Of a DNA stretch of 64,000 nt, positions 25,860 to 38,057 are shown piece after piece (positions within the stretch are counted from its first letter, which is position 1; each line of letters opens with the position of its first letter). Made by a program: the position numbers and the translations under genes. The DNA comes from Hemiscyllium ocellatum (lineage: Eukaryota): positions 147,044,527 through 147,108,526 of the forward strand of contig NC_083402.1 in the NCBI RefSeq assembly GCF_020745735.1, in the 5' to 3' direction. The notes beneath the pieces were generated by a model. That model made no database searches. It saw only the letters and a program-made list of their open reading frames with translations, and had not been told where the DNA came from.

Positions 25860-26056
25860 AACTGAAAATGTGTTGCTGGAAAAGCGCAGCAGGTCAGGCA
25901 GCATCCAAGGAGCAGGAGAATTGACCTGTCTGAATTTCGGGCTTATGCCCAAAACGTCGAATTCCTGTTCCTTGGACGCTGCCTGACCTGCTGCGCTTTT
26001 CCAGCAACACATTTTCAGCTCTGATCTCCAGCATCTGCAGACCTCACTTTCTCCTC
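25860..26056. mobile_element. Family A fold-back mini-element
   Basis: Inverted arms; residual gggcttatgcccaaaacgtcgaatt; 10-bp TSD tccactctag at 25850-25859 and 26057-26066. Confidence 0.85.
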
Positions 26057-26079
26057 TCCACTCTAGGAGACTTGAGAGA

Positions 26080-26340
26080 ACACTGCCTGGTGCAGCACTG
26101 TGGAAATGTCACATTATCAGAGGTGTTGTGTTTCTGATGAGGTTTAATTTGAGACCTCATTCTCCCTCTCAATAGGGTAGTTTGCTCACTGTGACATTGG
26201 GGTACCGTAAATGGGACCTAGATATGAACAGATCAGCTGTTCTGTTTCCTATATTAAAGTTATGGCTACATATCCTAAAGTAGTTTAATAGGTGTAAGTT
26301 GCTTTTGTATTATGAAAGGTGCTACCAAATACAAGTTTTT
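26080..26340 (+). mobile_element. Ancient Deu-domain SINE relic (SacSINE1/AmnSINE1-like)
   Basis: gtgcagcactg..cagaggtg..tttctgatgagg..ttaa..gag.cc and tail tgaaaggtgctaccaaatacaagt. Confidence 0.5.
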
Positions 26341-26582
26341 ATGTCTTTCGATTTCACTGATCAGAAAATTACAAATAACATTTGCATCCTGCCAATGTTA
26401 CTGCTTTACCTTATGTTAGCACTTCATTTAGATTAGGCGTTGAGCTCAGAAGTCCTGGTTGGTTAAATTGTAGCCAGATATCTTTTAAACAAAACTGTTT
26501 GTTAGATGTTGGCATTGTGGATTTGCACAGAATAAATGAAACCTTAAGTTTTAAATTGCTTTGGATTTTAACAATCGAACAT

Positions 26583-27418
26583 AAGATGGGCCAATGGGCT
26601 GAGAAGTGGCAGATGGAGTTTAATTCAGATAAATGCGAGGTGCTGCATTTTGGGAAAGCAAATCTTAGCAGGACTTATACACTTAATGGGAAGATCCTAG
26701 GGAGTGTTGCTGAACCAAGAGACCTTGGAGTGCAAGCTCATAGCTCCTTGAAAGTGGAGTCGCAGATAGATAGGATAGTGAAGAAGGCATTTGGTATGCT
26801 TTCCTTTATTGGTCAGAGTACTGAGTACAGGAGCTGGTAGGTCATGTTGCGGCTGTACAGGACATTGGTTAGGCCACTGTTGGAATATTGTGTGCAATTC
26901 TGGTCTCCTTCCTATCAGAAAGATGTTGTGAAACTGGAAAGGTTTCAGAAAAGACTTACAAGGATGTTGCCAGGGTTGGAGCATTTGAGCTATAGGGACA
27001 GGTTGAGCTATAGGCTGGGGCTGTTTTCCCTGGAGCGTCGGACGCTGAGGGGTGACCTTATAGAGGTTTATAAAATTATGAGGGGCATGGATAGGATAAA
27101 TAGACGAAGTCTTTTCCCTAGGGTTGGGGAGTCCAGAACTAGACGGCATAGGTTTAGGGTGAGAGGGGAAGATATAAAGAGACCTAAGGGGCAACTTTTT
27201 CACGAAGAGGGTGGTATGTGTATGGAATGAGCTGCCAAAGAAAGTGGTGGAGGCTAGTACAATTGCAACATTTAAAAGGCATTTGGATGTGTATATGAAT
27301 AGGGAGGGTTTGGAGGGATATGGGCCAGGTGCTGGCAGGAGGGACTAGCTAAGGTTGGGATATCTGGTCGGCATGGACAGGTTTGACCGAAGGGTCTATT
27401 TCCGTGTTGAACACATCT
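26583..27418 (+). mobile_element. CR1 LINE young 3' fragment (same subfamily as 12213-13560)
   Basis: MGQWAEKWQMEFNSDKCEVLHFG; RPLLEYCVQFWSP..RGDLIEVYKIM; 3'UTR. Confidence 0.95.
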
Positions 27419-28271
27419 AAGACCGAGGTGGCTGAATTGCTGCTTCATATCCTGAATAATGCAGATCATTTGAAGCCCTTGGTGTCCAAATGATACTCTT
27501 CAGTTTCTGTTGTCTCTGGATGCTTTGCCCTTTGGGGGTTGAGAAACAGAACTGTCTCCAGCTGGTCCGAGACACAAAACCCCTCCTCTGCCAAAAGTAA
27601 CTCCCTGAAATGTAGCTGATTTGTATATCCCAATGTTTGAGTTCATTGTTTTCATGCTTGATAATTGTTGGCAATCTTTTTCATCTCCGGCATGTGAAAC
27701 ATATCAGAAAATTGTGATTCAAAATAAGAGATGAGAGTTTCATTATAACTGACTGGGTAAACTAATTTCAGTCTCTTTTTACAAAAGTGTCAATTTCAGT
27801 TTGGATAATTTTGTTTATTCTATGTTGGTTTAGCTTTGCTTATTCTGTGAAGCTTAGCTAACCTATATGGTCACCTGATAGCTATGGCTATTTTAAATTC
27901 ATGATTTCTCCTATTTAAACTCACTTGAGTTCTTGGAAGTCTCAGGTATTAAAATTAGATGGCAGAATTTTTTTTTAAAAGTCAATTATTTTCTCAACAT
28001 CATGATTAGTATAACTGGATACAGTAAGATGTTGATATTACAAACAAACTAATGACTCATTTGTAAATTGTTGATATTAACCTTAACTTGATGTAACCAC
28101 CAAACATGTGTTCCTCTCCTGTCCATTCTATACTCAGCATTCTGAAGGGATCATTCCCCATGATACCTGAATCCAATCTTAAGAAAGACATAAATATAGA
28201 CCATCAAATTTTAACTTCTTTTATCCATCTGTTATGCTAGAAAACTTTCATGGATTAAAATATATATAATA

Positions 28272-28637
28272 GAATCATACAATCATAGAATCACTACACT
28301 GTGTAAACCGGCCAGTCAGCCCATTGAGTCCACATTGACCTTCTGAAGAGCATCCCACTCAGACCCACCTTCCCCCCCAACCTTATCCCCATAACCCCAG
28401 ACTTCCCAAAGCTCATCTACCTAGCCTGCACATCCCTGAACACTACCGGACAATCTAGCATGGCCAATCCACCTAATCTACACATCTTTGCTCTGTGGGA
28501 GGAAACCGGAGCATCCAGAGAAAATCACACAGACACGGGGAGAATGTGCAGACTCCGTACAGACAGTCGCCCGAGGCTGGAATCGAACCTGGGACCCTGG
28601 CACTGTAAGGCAGCAGTGCTAACCACTGAGCCACCTT
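28272..28637 (-). mobile_element. HE1-like V-SINE
   Basis: Reverse-complement head, V-domain and (catagaat)n tail. Confidence 0.88.
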
Positions 28638-29946
28638 ACTAAAAAGGAAGAAGCATGGATCCAGATCTGAAATAGCTGTTGTGATTACCTAGCTACAGGA
28701 GGAGGCAAGCTACATGAGACCAATGTGGAATGAATATGGACTGGTAACAGTAAGAACTGAAAGACTATCTCTCAGATCCTCTCTCCCACAGCTTGTTTCT
28801 CCTTTAGAATACAGTTCCCAGTCAAAAAAGCAAGTTGGAAAAATAGCCATTAATTATGACGTCAAAGATATCTACAGATTTCACTATTGCTGAGTACACC
28901 TGTCAACAATTAAACAACTGTGGACTTGCCATATTCAAATGACACTAGACAAAGCAATTAAGGCAGCAGGTTTATTCTACAGTGCAGCTCGGGGATACAG
29001 CTTGTGTAGATACTGACTCCTTGATCACAGTTTCCTTGATAAATTTATGCACCTTCCAGTCATGCCGTGTGCTTTGTCATTCACGTCATCATATGATTAC
29101 AAATTACACAAATCCAGTATAGTACTTATAATTTTATGTGAAAATGGACGAGGCTGTAGTTGATGCATTCCACAGTGATTGCATTTTTTCTGAGGCTAGT
29201 CAGTTCCTCTACTTTGCACATTCCACATTGATTATGGCTTTTATATGCTTTAAGATAGTTCTCCAATCTATTACAGTGATTATTTCTTTACAACATTGTA
29301 CAAATCTCTGGCTTATGTACATTTGAATGATTAGATCCTTTTTTGTGGTTTAAAACAGGTTTCCACCATTGACTGCAACCATTTTTCAGTAGGATTAAAC
29401 ATCTCCCTTTTTTACATATTTTGTAATGGTCATATTTTCCTTTTCAATTCTAAGCAGGTCTCATTTTTGAATTAGATAAATATGTTTTGACTCCTCCTAA
29501 TATGAACAGTCATGTCTCATTAGTGTATCTCGCTGACTATTAACTTCTATATCTCTACCTTACTTCACATAGTCTCAGGTTAAGAAAAGGCTAATTTCAA
29601 GAGTACTAAGGGCTTTTAAACTGCATAGCTTTTATTTATTCTGTCTGTAGCAAATACATTCAGCTTTACACTCATCTGTGTGTGTGCGTGTACCTGTCAT
29701 GTTTATTCCTATTTTTGTAAATAATACAATTTATCTTTATTTCAAGAGAAACATTGTTCATTGGTTCCTTCATTTTCTCGAGAACTTTAATTTTCATAGA
29801 ATCCCCACAACATGGAAGCAGGCCATTTAGCCTATCGAGTCCACAACAACCCTCCAAAGTGCATCCCACCCCGTCCCAGTTCCCCCCCACCCTGTCCCTA
29901 TAACCCTACATTTCCCAGGGCTAATCCACCGAGCCTGCACCTCCCT

Positions 29947-30086
29947 GGCTCTCGGTGGATTGTCACCTTGTCGTGGTGGAGAAGCTTGTGTGGGCCTGAG
30001 ATCTTGTGAGCCATGCCGTCTGGAGCCTGGTAGGGTCACCCATGGCGGTAAGGTCGAGAGTGAGGTCCCTGACGAAGAACAATCCA
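29947..30086 (+). ncRNA. Candidate HDV-like self-cleaving ribozyme at the RTE 5' end
   Basis: P2 tggattgt (29956-63)/acaatcca (30079-86); P3 acc/ggt closing L3 ttgtcgt; P1 ggctctc/gagaagct (imperfect); P4 with gggcct/aggtccc, gatctt/aaggtc, gccatg/catggc; J4/2 CGAA at 30073. Confidence 0.65.
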
Positions 30087-33000
30087 ACCAAGCCTTCAAA
30101 GGTGGAACAGGTAGACAAAGTTACTTCAAACTGAACGGCTGTGAAGACTGAAACTAATCAATCAGCTCCAATCTCCATGGGCTCCATGCCATTGGAATCA
30201 GTTGGTTGATTTGTGAAGTACCCTGTACTTCTTGGAGTACAATGTCAAGCACATGTTAAACAACACACTCGCAGGCATCTTTCTCCGTGGGCCACTTCTT
30301 CAAGTCTTTCGGCGATCGGGGGAGGGCAATGGGGGCAGGCAATGTGATGGCTGGAAGCTCTTCGTTAAGAACCGACACAAAAGAGGTGAATACTTGATTC
30401 AGTCGCTCAGCTTTTGGACAGAGGCAGGAAAGTTGTTCGGTCGCAGTATTCACATTCAGCAGCCCTACTTAGGATCCACTCTGCTCACCCTGAACTGGAA
30501 GGGAGCGAAATACAGTGCTCTAAAAATAATTCACTCCACCCCATCCTGTCTAGAAAGTCGCATCCAGAGAGATCACCATTATGCGGTCGAAAAACATCCA
30601 GAAGTGAAACTATGAAATTTGGAACCTGGAATATGCAAACTCTGATGGATAGCCCAAACTCAGACCAGCCGGAGAGGAGAATGACCTTTTTGCCCAGCAA
30701 CTCCAAACATTCAAGTTTGACAGCATTGCTCTGAGTGAGATCCATTGAGCTGGAGAAGGGCAACTAAAGGAAGAGCAAGATCAATACACTTTTTTCTTGA
30801 AAGGACTTGATACTGAATAACCTAAGAATCCATTGAGTAGGTTTTGCCCTCTGATGCAGCTTAGTTCAGAAGCTGACAGAGCAACCACTGCGAATCAATG
30901 AGCGATTCATGACTCTGTGAATCCAGCTTATCAAGAAGCAACATGCCACCATCATCAGCGCCTATGCTCCATTGCTGGACGCTGATGACGAAGTAAAGGA
31001 GAGCTTTATCGCCCAACTTGATGACATTTTTTCCTCTGTTCCCAACAATGACAAGATCATTACATTGGAAGGGTTCAATGCCAGAGTCAGGGAAGATCGT
31101 AGACTCTAGACTGGAATAACAGGCAAGGAAGGAGTTAGCAAGGTCAATGCCAATGGAAAACTCCTCATCATCAAATGTGCTGAACAGAAGATGGTGATTG
31201 CAAACACCTTCGTTCGTCAGAAAAACAAGCATAAAGCCTCCTGGCAACATCCACGCCCAAACATTGGCACCTCACCGACTATGTCATCATGCTATCTTGG
31301 GACCAACAAGATGTACTGATAACAAGAGCTGTTATTGGTGCCGACGAGTGCTGGGCAGACCATCGACGCCTCTCATCCACCATGAGAAGGTAGATTCAGC
31401 CCAAAAGGAAACACTAAAATTGGAACACTATCAAGAAATTCAATGTTGACATCCTTCAAGACATCAACCATGTATGGAAGTTCCAACAAAATCTTCAAGA
31501 ACAACTGCCTCAACAAATCCCACCATCCATAGAAGACTCCAGGCATCTTTGACAATGCTATCATCACCTCCTGCAAAGAAACAGTTGGGTTCAAAATGAA
31601 GAAGCAGCAGGATTGGTTTGATGATAACGACAAACTACTCCAATTACTTATTGACAAAAAGAGAAAAGCTTTCATCACCTGACAAAATGACCAACAGTCA
31701 GCTACCAAAAGGAAATTCTCTGAGGAATGAAAAACTGCAATCCAGAAGAGCACCTGAAACCTAAAAATCCAGTGGTGGAGGGGGAAAGCTCAGGAAGTCC
31801 AACAGCTTGCAGACGCCAATGACACTCAAGGCCTCTTCAACGCAACTAAAGCTATTTTTGGCCCATCCACTCAGAGTCAAGCCCCTCGCAAAAGCAAAGA
31901 TAGTTCAATCATCCTGAAGAGCAATGCTGACATCAATTCTAGATGGAGGGAGCACTTTAAAGATATTCTTAATCAAATTGCCCCATTTGACGGGAATGTG
32001 ATCGACAACATTCCAAAACAGCCTGTTGATGACTCCCTAAGCAAAATGCCGACACTTCCAGAAGTCAAGGAAGCCATCAAAACCTTGAAAAACAACAAGG
32101 CCACTGGCCTTGGTGGAATACTAGCCGGGGTGTATAAAATTGGAGCTAATCTGCTTCTTCACCAACTGCGTCAACTTCTTATCAAGATTTGGATAAATGA
32201 AGGCATAGCAGTAGAATTCAGAGACTCAACAATCGTTACCATCTACAAAAGAAAAGGCGATCGATCTGAATGCAGGAATTATAACGGAATTTCCCTTGAG
32301 CAACAGCAGGAAAGATCCTCACCTGCATCATGAACAACTGGCTCAAGCCTTCAAGTGAGAAGATCCTTCCGGAGACACAAGCCAGTTTTAGATCATCACA
32401 TGTTACATTCGACATGATTTTCACTATGTGACAACTACAAGAAAAATGTCATGATCCACTTCAACCTTTGTATGTGGCATTCATCAACCTCACCAAAGGC
32501 TTTCACTCAGTATCAAGGGAACACCTATGGAATGGTCCCATCCAGCCATGGATGCCTTGAAAAGTACATTCAAATTCTGAGACTCCTACACAATGGCATG
32601 CTTGCCATGGTTATGGTCAGCAACAGTAATTGTGATCCTGTGCAATTCAGATCAAGAGTAAAACAGGGTTGCGTGATTGCCCCAACTTTGTTCACCTTCT
32701 TTACTGTGACAATCATCCACATCATCAAGGACAACCTACCCCCAGGAATTGAAATTGTCTACAGAACAGACTTTTCAATCTTGCCCATCTTAATTCCAAA
32801 AACAAGATATCTATGAGTTCCCTCATCAAGTTCCAATATGCAGATGACCACAGTGTTGCAGCTCCGTCAGAAAATCACCTCCAACAGATTCTGACTGCCT
32901 TCAACTGTGCATACACAAAACGTGGACTCACCACTAATTCCAAGAAGACTCAGATCATCTACCAACCATCACCAAAGCAGACAAATTGGATAGAAACATC

Positions 33001-33790
33001 AATTCAACTCGACAAAACAACCCTGGAAAATGTGGACCACTTCCCATATCTTGGAAGTACCTCTCCTTCAATGTTTCCTTTATCATTAGATCCAACATCA
33101 TTTTAAATGTGCTGGAACAGCTTTTGGACATCTCCAAACAAGAGTCTTTCTTGATCGTGACATCCAGACAGACACCAAAATGTTAGTGTGCAAAGCAGTG
33201 GTGATCCTAACGCTCCTGTATCCATCAGAAACACACCAACGACATCTGAAGGCACATTAAAAGTTCCATTAGCACTGCCTTCGAAACATCTTGAGTATCA
33301 GCTGGGAAGCTAGAAGAGCCAACGTCAGCATGTTGAATGAAGCGAAAACAACAAACATTGAAGCCTATGTCATCAAGAACCAACTAAGATGGAGTGGTCA
33401 TGTTGTTCGGATGAAAGACAACCATCTTCTGAAACAAAGCTTCTACTCTCAGCTTAAAGAAGGCAAACATGAAAGAGGTGGACGACAGAAGAGATTCGAA
33501 GGCATTTTAAAAGCTAACACGAAAAAATGTAACATCAACATCAACAATTGGGAAACCAATGCCAAGGACAGGAAACTCTGGCAAACCATTGTCTGAGGAG
33601 GGACAACAACTTCCGAAGCGGACACATATGCAGAACTAGAAGGATAGAGAAGAAAACAGAAAGCCGGGTTTGTCATCTAGAACTACTTGTCCCGAATGCT
33701 GAAGCACTTTCAAAGCTAAGAGTGGACTCCTATCTCACCTGAGAGCCCATAAATAGATCAACGGAATGAAGACCATCATCTTCAACAATA
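29947..33790 (+). mobile_element. Near full-length RTE-clade LINE (5'UTR, APE, RT), inactivated
   Basis: MKFGTWNMQTLMD, ISAYAP, GFNARVG (APE); KGDRSECRNYNGISL, VKQGCVIAPTLF, FQYADD, QLRWSGHVVRM (RT/C-term); multiple frameshifts. Confidence 0.93.
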
Positions 33791-34959
33791 TCCATAAACA
33801 CTATAGGCAATTTAGCGTGGCCAATTCACCTAACCTGCACATTTTTAGAATGTGAGGGGAAACCAGAGCACCCAGATGAAATCCATGCAGATCCAGGGAC
33901 AATGTGCACACTCCACACAGGCATTTACCCAAGGTTAGAACCAACTGAAACTGGATTCTTAGCATTGGAAGGCAGCTGTGCTATCCATTGAGCCACCATG
34001 CCACCCAAGTCACTTTTGATGAAGTGTTATACCTCTTTGTTTAAAACAAAAGCAAATTTTTGCTGAAACACACTGAGAGCAGTTTAAAAAGAGAATGGCC
34101 AATTCCCCATCTTCATTGGATTATGACACTCCTCTCCAATCATCCAGAAGAACCATCTCAGAAGTAGTTCATTGAGGTACTACAATAAGAGTTCACTGTT
34201 TCAATGTCAGTCCATGCCTGTTCTCCCTGGACAATGGGTTGGGAAGGGAGTAGGGACGTGGGGAAATTGGGTAATATAGAGTCTTCTTGTCATCAATCAC
34301 ACCACTCTCATTAGTAAGAGTCTCTAGCTGCCCTCTAACAGTCCTGTCTGTTGCAGCCAAGCTTTCTACATCATGGCACCAGTGAGATCCTTGTTGGAAC
34401 CTTGATGATGCCAGTTGCCACCAGGATCTCATGTCTGGGGTTAAAGGTCAGACCTTCACACAAAGCACAGTTGTGCAATCTGTAAGAGTCCACCACAATC
34501 TTTAAGTCCTGCTTACAGATGAAGATCCCCCCTGACCTACCCAGGCACTGGAAGCATGCTGTTTGCACTGGCATTCTGGATCATGCCTTGGCAGCATAGA
34601 AGATCATTAGATCTAATTCTGTTGATGTAGACAACTGCATCATTCAATACCGTCAACATGTTCCATCAAAGTCCTCATGCACTTTGGAAAGCCAATAATC
34701 CTAAACCGCAAGGAGCTGATGACGAGCTTAAAAGCCCCATAGAAATGACATCTTGAAGTATGTAAGATTTTGCAGGTAATTCTGCACATGTCTCTGGCAG
34801 GTGCCAGGAATTGTTTGTATGTGTAATATTTGTGTACTGTGGTTAAATTATCGACAAGGCAAGGACGACCTTCAAAGCCCTGACATCCTCCTTTAATGCC
34901 TCAAAGGGACAAGCAATTGGCTCATCATTGAAGCACAGTCTCCCCATACACACATCTAT

Positions 34960-35325
34960 ATGACCATAAGACCACAAGACACAGGAACAGAAATCAGGCC
35001 ATTCTGCCCAGTGATTCTGCTCTGCCATTGGCTGATAGGTTTTTCAACCCAGTTTCCTGCTTTCTTCCTTTAGTCTTTGATCCCCTTGGCAAGCAAGACC
35101 TTATCTACACTTATTTAAATATATTCAATGACCTGACCTCCATCGCCTTCTGTGGCAATGAATTCCATAGATGTCCCACTCTCTGGCTGGAGGAATTTCT
35201 CCTTATCTCCATTCTAAAAGGTCTTGCCTTTACTCTAAGGCTGTGCCCTCAGGCCCTCATCTCTCCTGCCAATGGAAACATCTTCCCAATGTCCACTCTG
35301 TCCAGGCCGTTCAGTACTCTGTAAT
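34960..35325 (-). mobile_element. CR1 3' fragment
   Basis: (ccataaga)n tail and typical CR1 3' sequence. Confidence 0.75.
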
Positions 35326-35889
35326 CAGGGGAGACCCTTATCCTTCTAACATCATCTTGGAAAATAAGTTCTGCTCACGCAGGTTACTGGGATAATCAAA
35401 TGTTGCCGAACAATAGATGGACACGGTTTAATTCTTCTATTACGCAAAGAGCAAACAAATTCAAGAACACCATTGGTGAAGGATATTTTCCCTCAGAATG
35501 TTTCACTCAATGTGAAAAAAAAACATCAAATACTCAGAAGCTATGAGGAAGTCACAATATATCAGATAAAAACTGATAAATATAAATGTGATCATAGTTT
35601 TCTCAGCTATATTTTGCACAAAGTCTTCAATATAAAAATCTCCTTTTGATGCTTCCTGGCTTTATTAAAGATGCACAAATTGCACTGGATACTGTGTGAC
35701 TCTTATTTCAGAAGAATTAGGCAATTTATCCAAGTTTATTCCATTATGTTGCTGTCTGCAGTAATTTCATCATCATTCACCTGATGTCTTTTGTTTTATT
35801 CAGTTGATGCTGCTTTCACTGTCTAGACTAGCATTTATTGTCCATATCTGATTGTCCTTGAGAAGCTGATGATGACATGCCATCATGAA

Positions 35890-35978
35890 TTGAAAAGTGT
35901 GTTGCTGGAAAAGCACAGCAGGCCAGGCAGCATCTGAGGAGCAGGAGAATCGACATTTCAGGCATAAGCCCTTCTTCA
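35890..35978 (-). mobile_element. Family A Penelope tail fragment with degenerate hammerhead
   Basis: ggaaaagcacagcaggccaggcagcatc...cgacatttcaggcataagcccttcttca. Confidence 0.8.
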
Positions 35979-36079
35979 TGAGCCCATTTGGTGTAGATAC
36001 ACATACACAATGTTGTTGGGTATTGGAAGGAATCGTGATATATTTGAGTGGCTTGGAGGGGAACTGGCAGGTGGTGGTT

Positions 36080-36420
36080 TAGATTAGATTGTCTACAGTG
36101 TGGAAACAGGCCCTTGGGCGCAACAAGTCCACACCCACCCTCCGAAGAGTAACCCACCTAGACCGAGTGCCCCACCCTACATTTACCCCTGACTAACACA
36201 CCTAACAATGGGCAATTTAGCATGGCCAATTCACCTGACCAGCACATCTTTGGACTGTGGGAGGAAACCGGAGGACACAGGGAAAACCCACACAGACACG
36301 GGGAGAACGTGCAAACTCCACACAGACAATCGCCCAACGTGGGAATTGAACTCAGATCGCTGGTGCTGTGAGGCTCCCGGAACCCAAGTTCAATTAACCA
36401 CTGAGCCACTGTGCTGCTCC
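36080..36420 (-). mobile_element. HE1-like V-SINE abutting the minisatellite
   Basis: Reverse-complement tail, V-domain, head ggagcagcacagtggctcagtgg. Confidence 0.88.
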
Positions 36421-37571
36421 ATGTATCTGATGCTCCATGTATCTGATGCCCCATGCATCTGATGCCCCATGTATCTGCTGCCCCATGTATCTGATGCTCC
36501 ATGTATCTGATGCCCCATGTATCTGCTGCCCCATGTATCTGATGCTCCATGTATCTGATGCCCCATGTATCTGATGCTCCATGTATCTGCTGCCCAATGT
36601 ATCTGATGCTCCATGTATCTGATGCTCCATGTATCTGATGCCCCATGTATCTGATGCCCCATGTATCTGATGCTCCATGTATCTGCTGCCCCATGTATCT
36701 GATGCTCCATGTATCTGCTGCCCCATGTATCTGATGCCCCATGTATCTGATGCTCCATGTATCTGATGCCCCATGTATCTGATGCCCCATGTATCTGATG
36801 CTCCATGTATCTGCTGCCCCATGTATCTGATGCCCCATGTATCTGATGCTCCATGTATCTGATGCCCCATGTATCTGATGCCCCATGTATCTGATGCCCC
36901 ATGTATCTGATGCTCCATGTATCTGATGCCCCATGTATCTGATGCTCCATGTATCTGATGCCCCATGTATCTGCTGCCCCATGTATCTGATGCTCCATGT
37001 ATCTGATGCCCCATGTATCTGATGCTCCATGTATCTGCTGCCCCATGTATCTGATGCCCCATGTATCTGATGCTCCATGTATCTGATGCCCCATGTATCT
37101 GATGCCCCATGTATCTGATGCTCCATGTATCTGATGCCCCATGTATCTGATGCCCCATGTATCTGATGCTCCATGTATCTGATGCCACATGTATCTGATG
37201 CCCCATGTATCTGATGCTCCATGTATCTGCTGCCCCATGTATCTGATGCTCCATGTATCTGATGCCCCATGTATCTGATGCCCCATGTATCTGATGCCCC
37301 ATGTATCTGATGCTCCATGTATCTGCTGCCCCATGTATCTGATGCTCCATGTATCTGATGCTCCATGTATCTGATGCCCCATGTATCTGATGCCCCATGT
37401 ATCTGATGCCCCATGTATCTGATGCTCCATGTATCTGCTGCCCCATGTATCTGATGCTCCATGTATCTGATGCCCCATGTATCTGATGCCCCATGTATCT
37501 GATGCCCCATGTATCTGATGCTCCATGTATCTGCTGCCCCATGTATCTGATGCTCCATGTATCTGATGCCC
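36421..37571. repeat. 16-bp minisatellite, ~72 units, three variants (atgtatctgatgctcc / atgtatctgatgcccc / atgtatctgctgcccc)
   Basis: Directly visible; explains the three overlapping ~450-aa minus-strand ORFs. Confidence 0.97.
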
Positions 37572-37841
37572 TTGTCTTGAGTTGATGGAGGTTGTCATGA
37601 GTTTGGTACAAATGCTGCAGTGATGAGTACAGGTGCAGCCCAATGTGGCACATTGACTTACTGCAAGAAAAATTGATCCTTGACTGAGGACTGAAACACA
37701 GGATGGACACTTGACTGATTTTTGTGACTGCAACAATTATCACTTTTACAAATGATTTTCTCACCATTTAATTTTGAGCTGATTTAATTCATGTTTTTTT
37801 TCACTTTTTGCTGATATCCCAGTCTAAAGTATTATGAAAGT

Positions 37842-38057
37842 GCTAAGAGTGTGGTGCTGGAAAAGCACTGCAGATCAGGCAGGATCCGAGGAGCAGGACA
37901 GTCGACTTTTCCAGCATAAGCTCTTCATCAGGAGTAAAGAGCTTACTCTTGGAATGTCAATTCACCTGTTCCTCGGATGCTGCCTGGACCTACTGTGCTT
38001 TTCCAGCAACACAATCTCAACTCTGATCTCCAGCACCTGCAGTCCTCACTTTCTCCC
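37842..38057. mobile_element. Family A fold-back mini-element
   Basis: Inverted arms around cttcatcagga; 12-bp TSD tattatgaaagt at 37830-37841 and 38058-38069. Confidence 0.85.

Larger units (their letters stand above)
29795..34005 (-). mobile_element. V-SINE split in two (29795-29946 and ~33790-34005) by the RTE insertion
   Basis: SINE sequence cctgcac.tccct | aaacacta..ggcaatttagc resumes after the RTE. Confidence 0.8.

Noticed and set aside
25860-26056. DNA-transposon MITE or pre-miRNA interpretation of the fold-back elements
   Set aside because: TSDs are long and variable (9-16 bp), arms are asymmetric, and the sequence matches the Penelope pLTR attached to GIY-YIG coding at 9305-9745 and 49484-50024
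34070-35870. Possible second Gypsy integrase remnant on the plus strand
   Set aside because: Only faint motif resemblance (PWQ..DL, SN.AE); too decayed to call without a profile search
36421-37571. CRISPR-like array
   Set aside because: Units are contiguous with no unique spacers, and the context is eukaryotic
36158-37767. Three overlapping 448-466 aa minus-strand ORFs with HQIHGASDTWGIRYMG repeats
   Set aside because: Artefact of a stop-free 16-bp minisatellite; all three frames give the same 16-aa period
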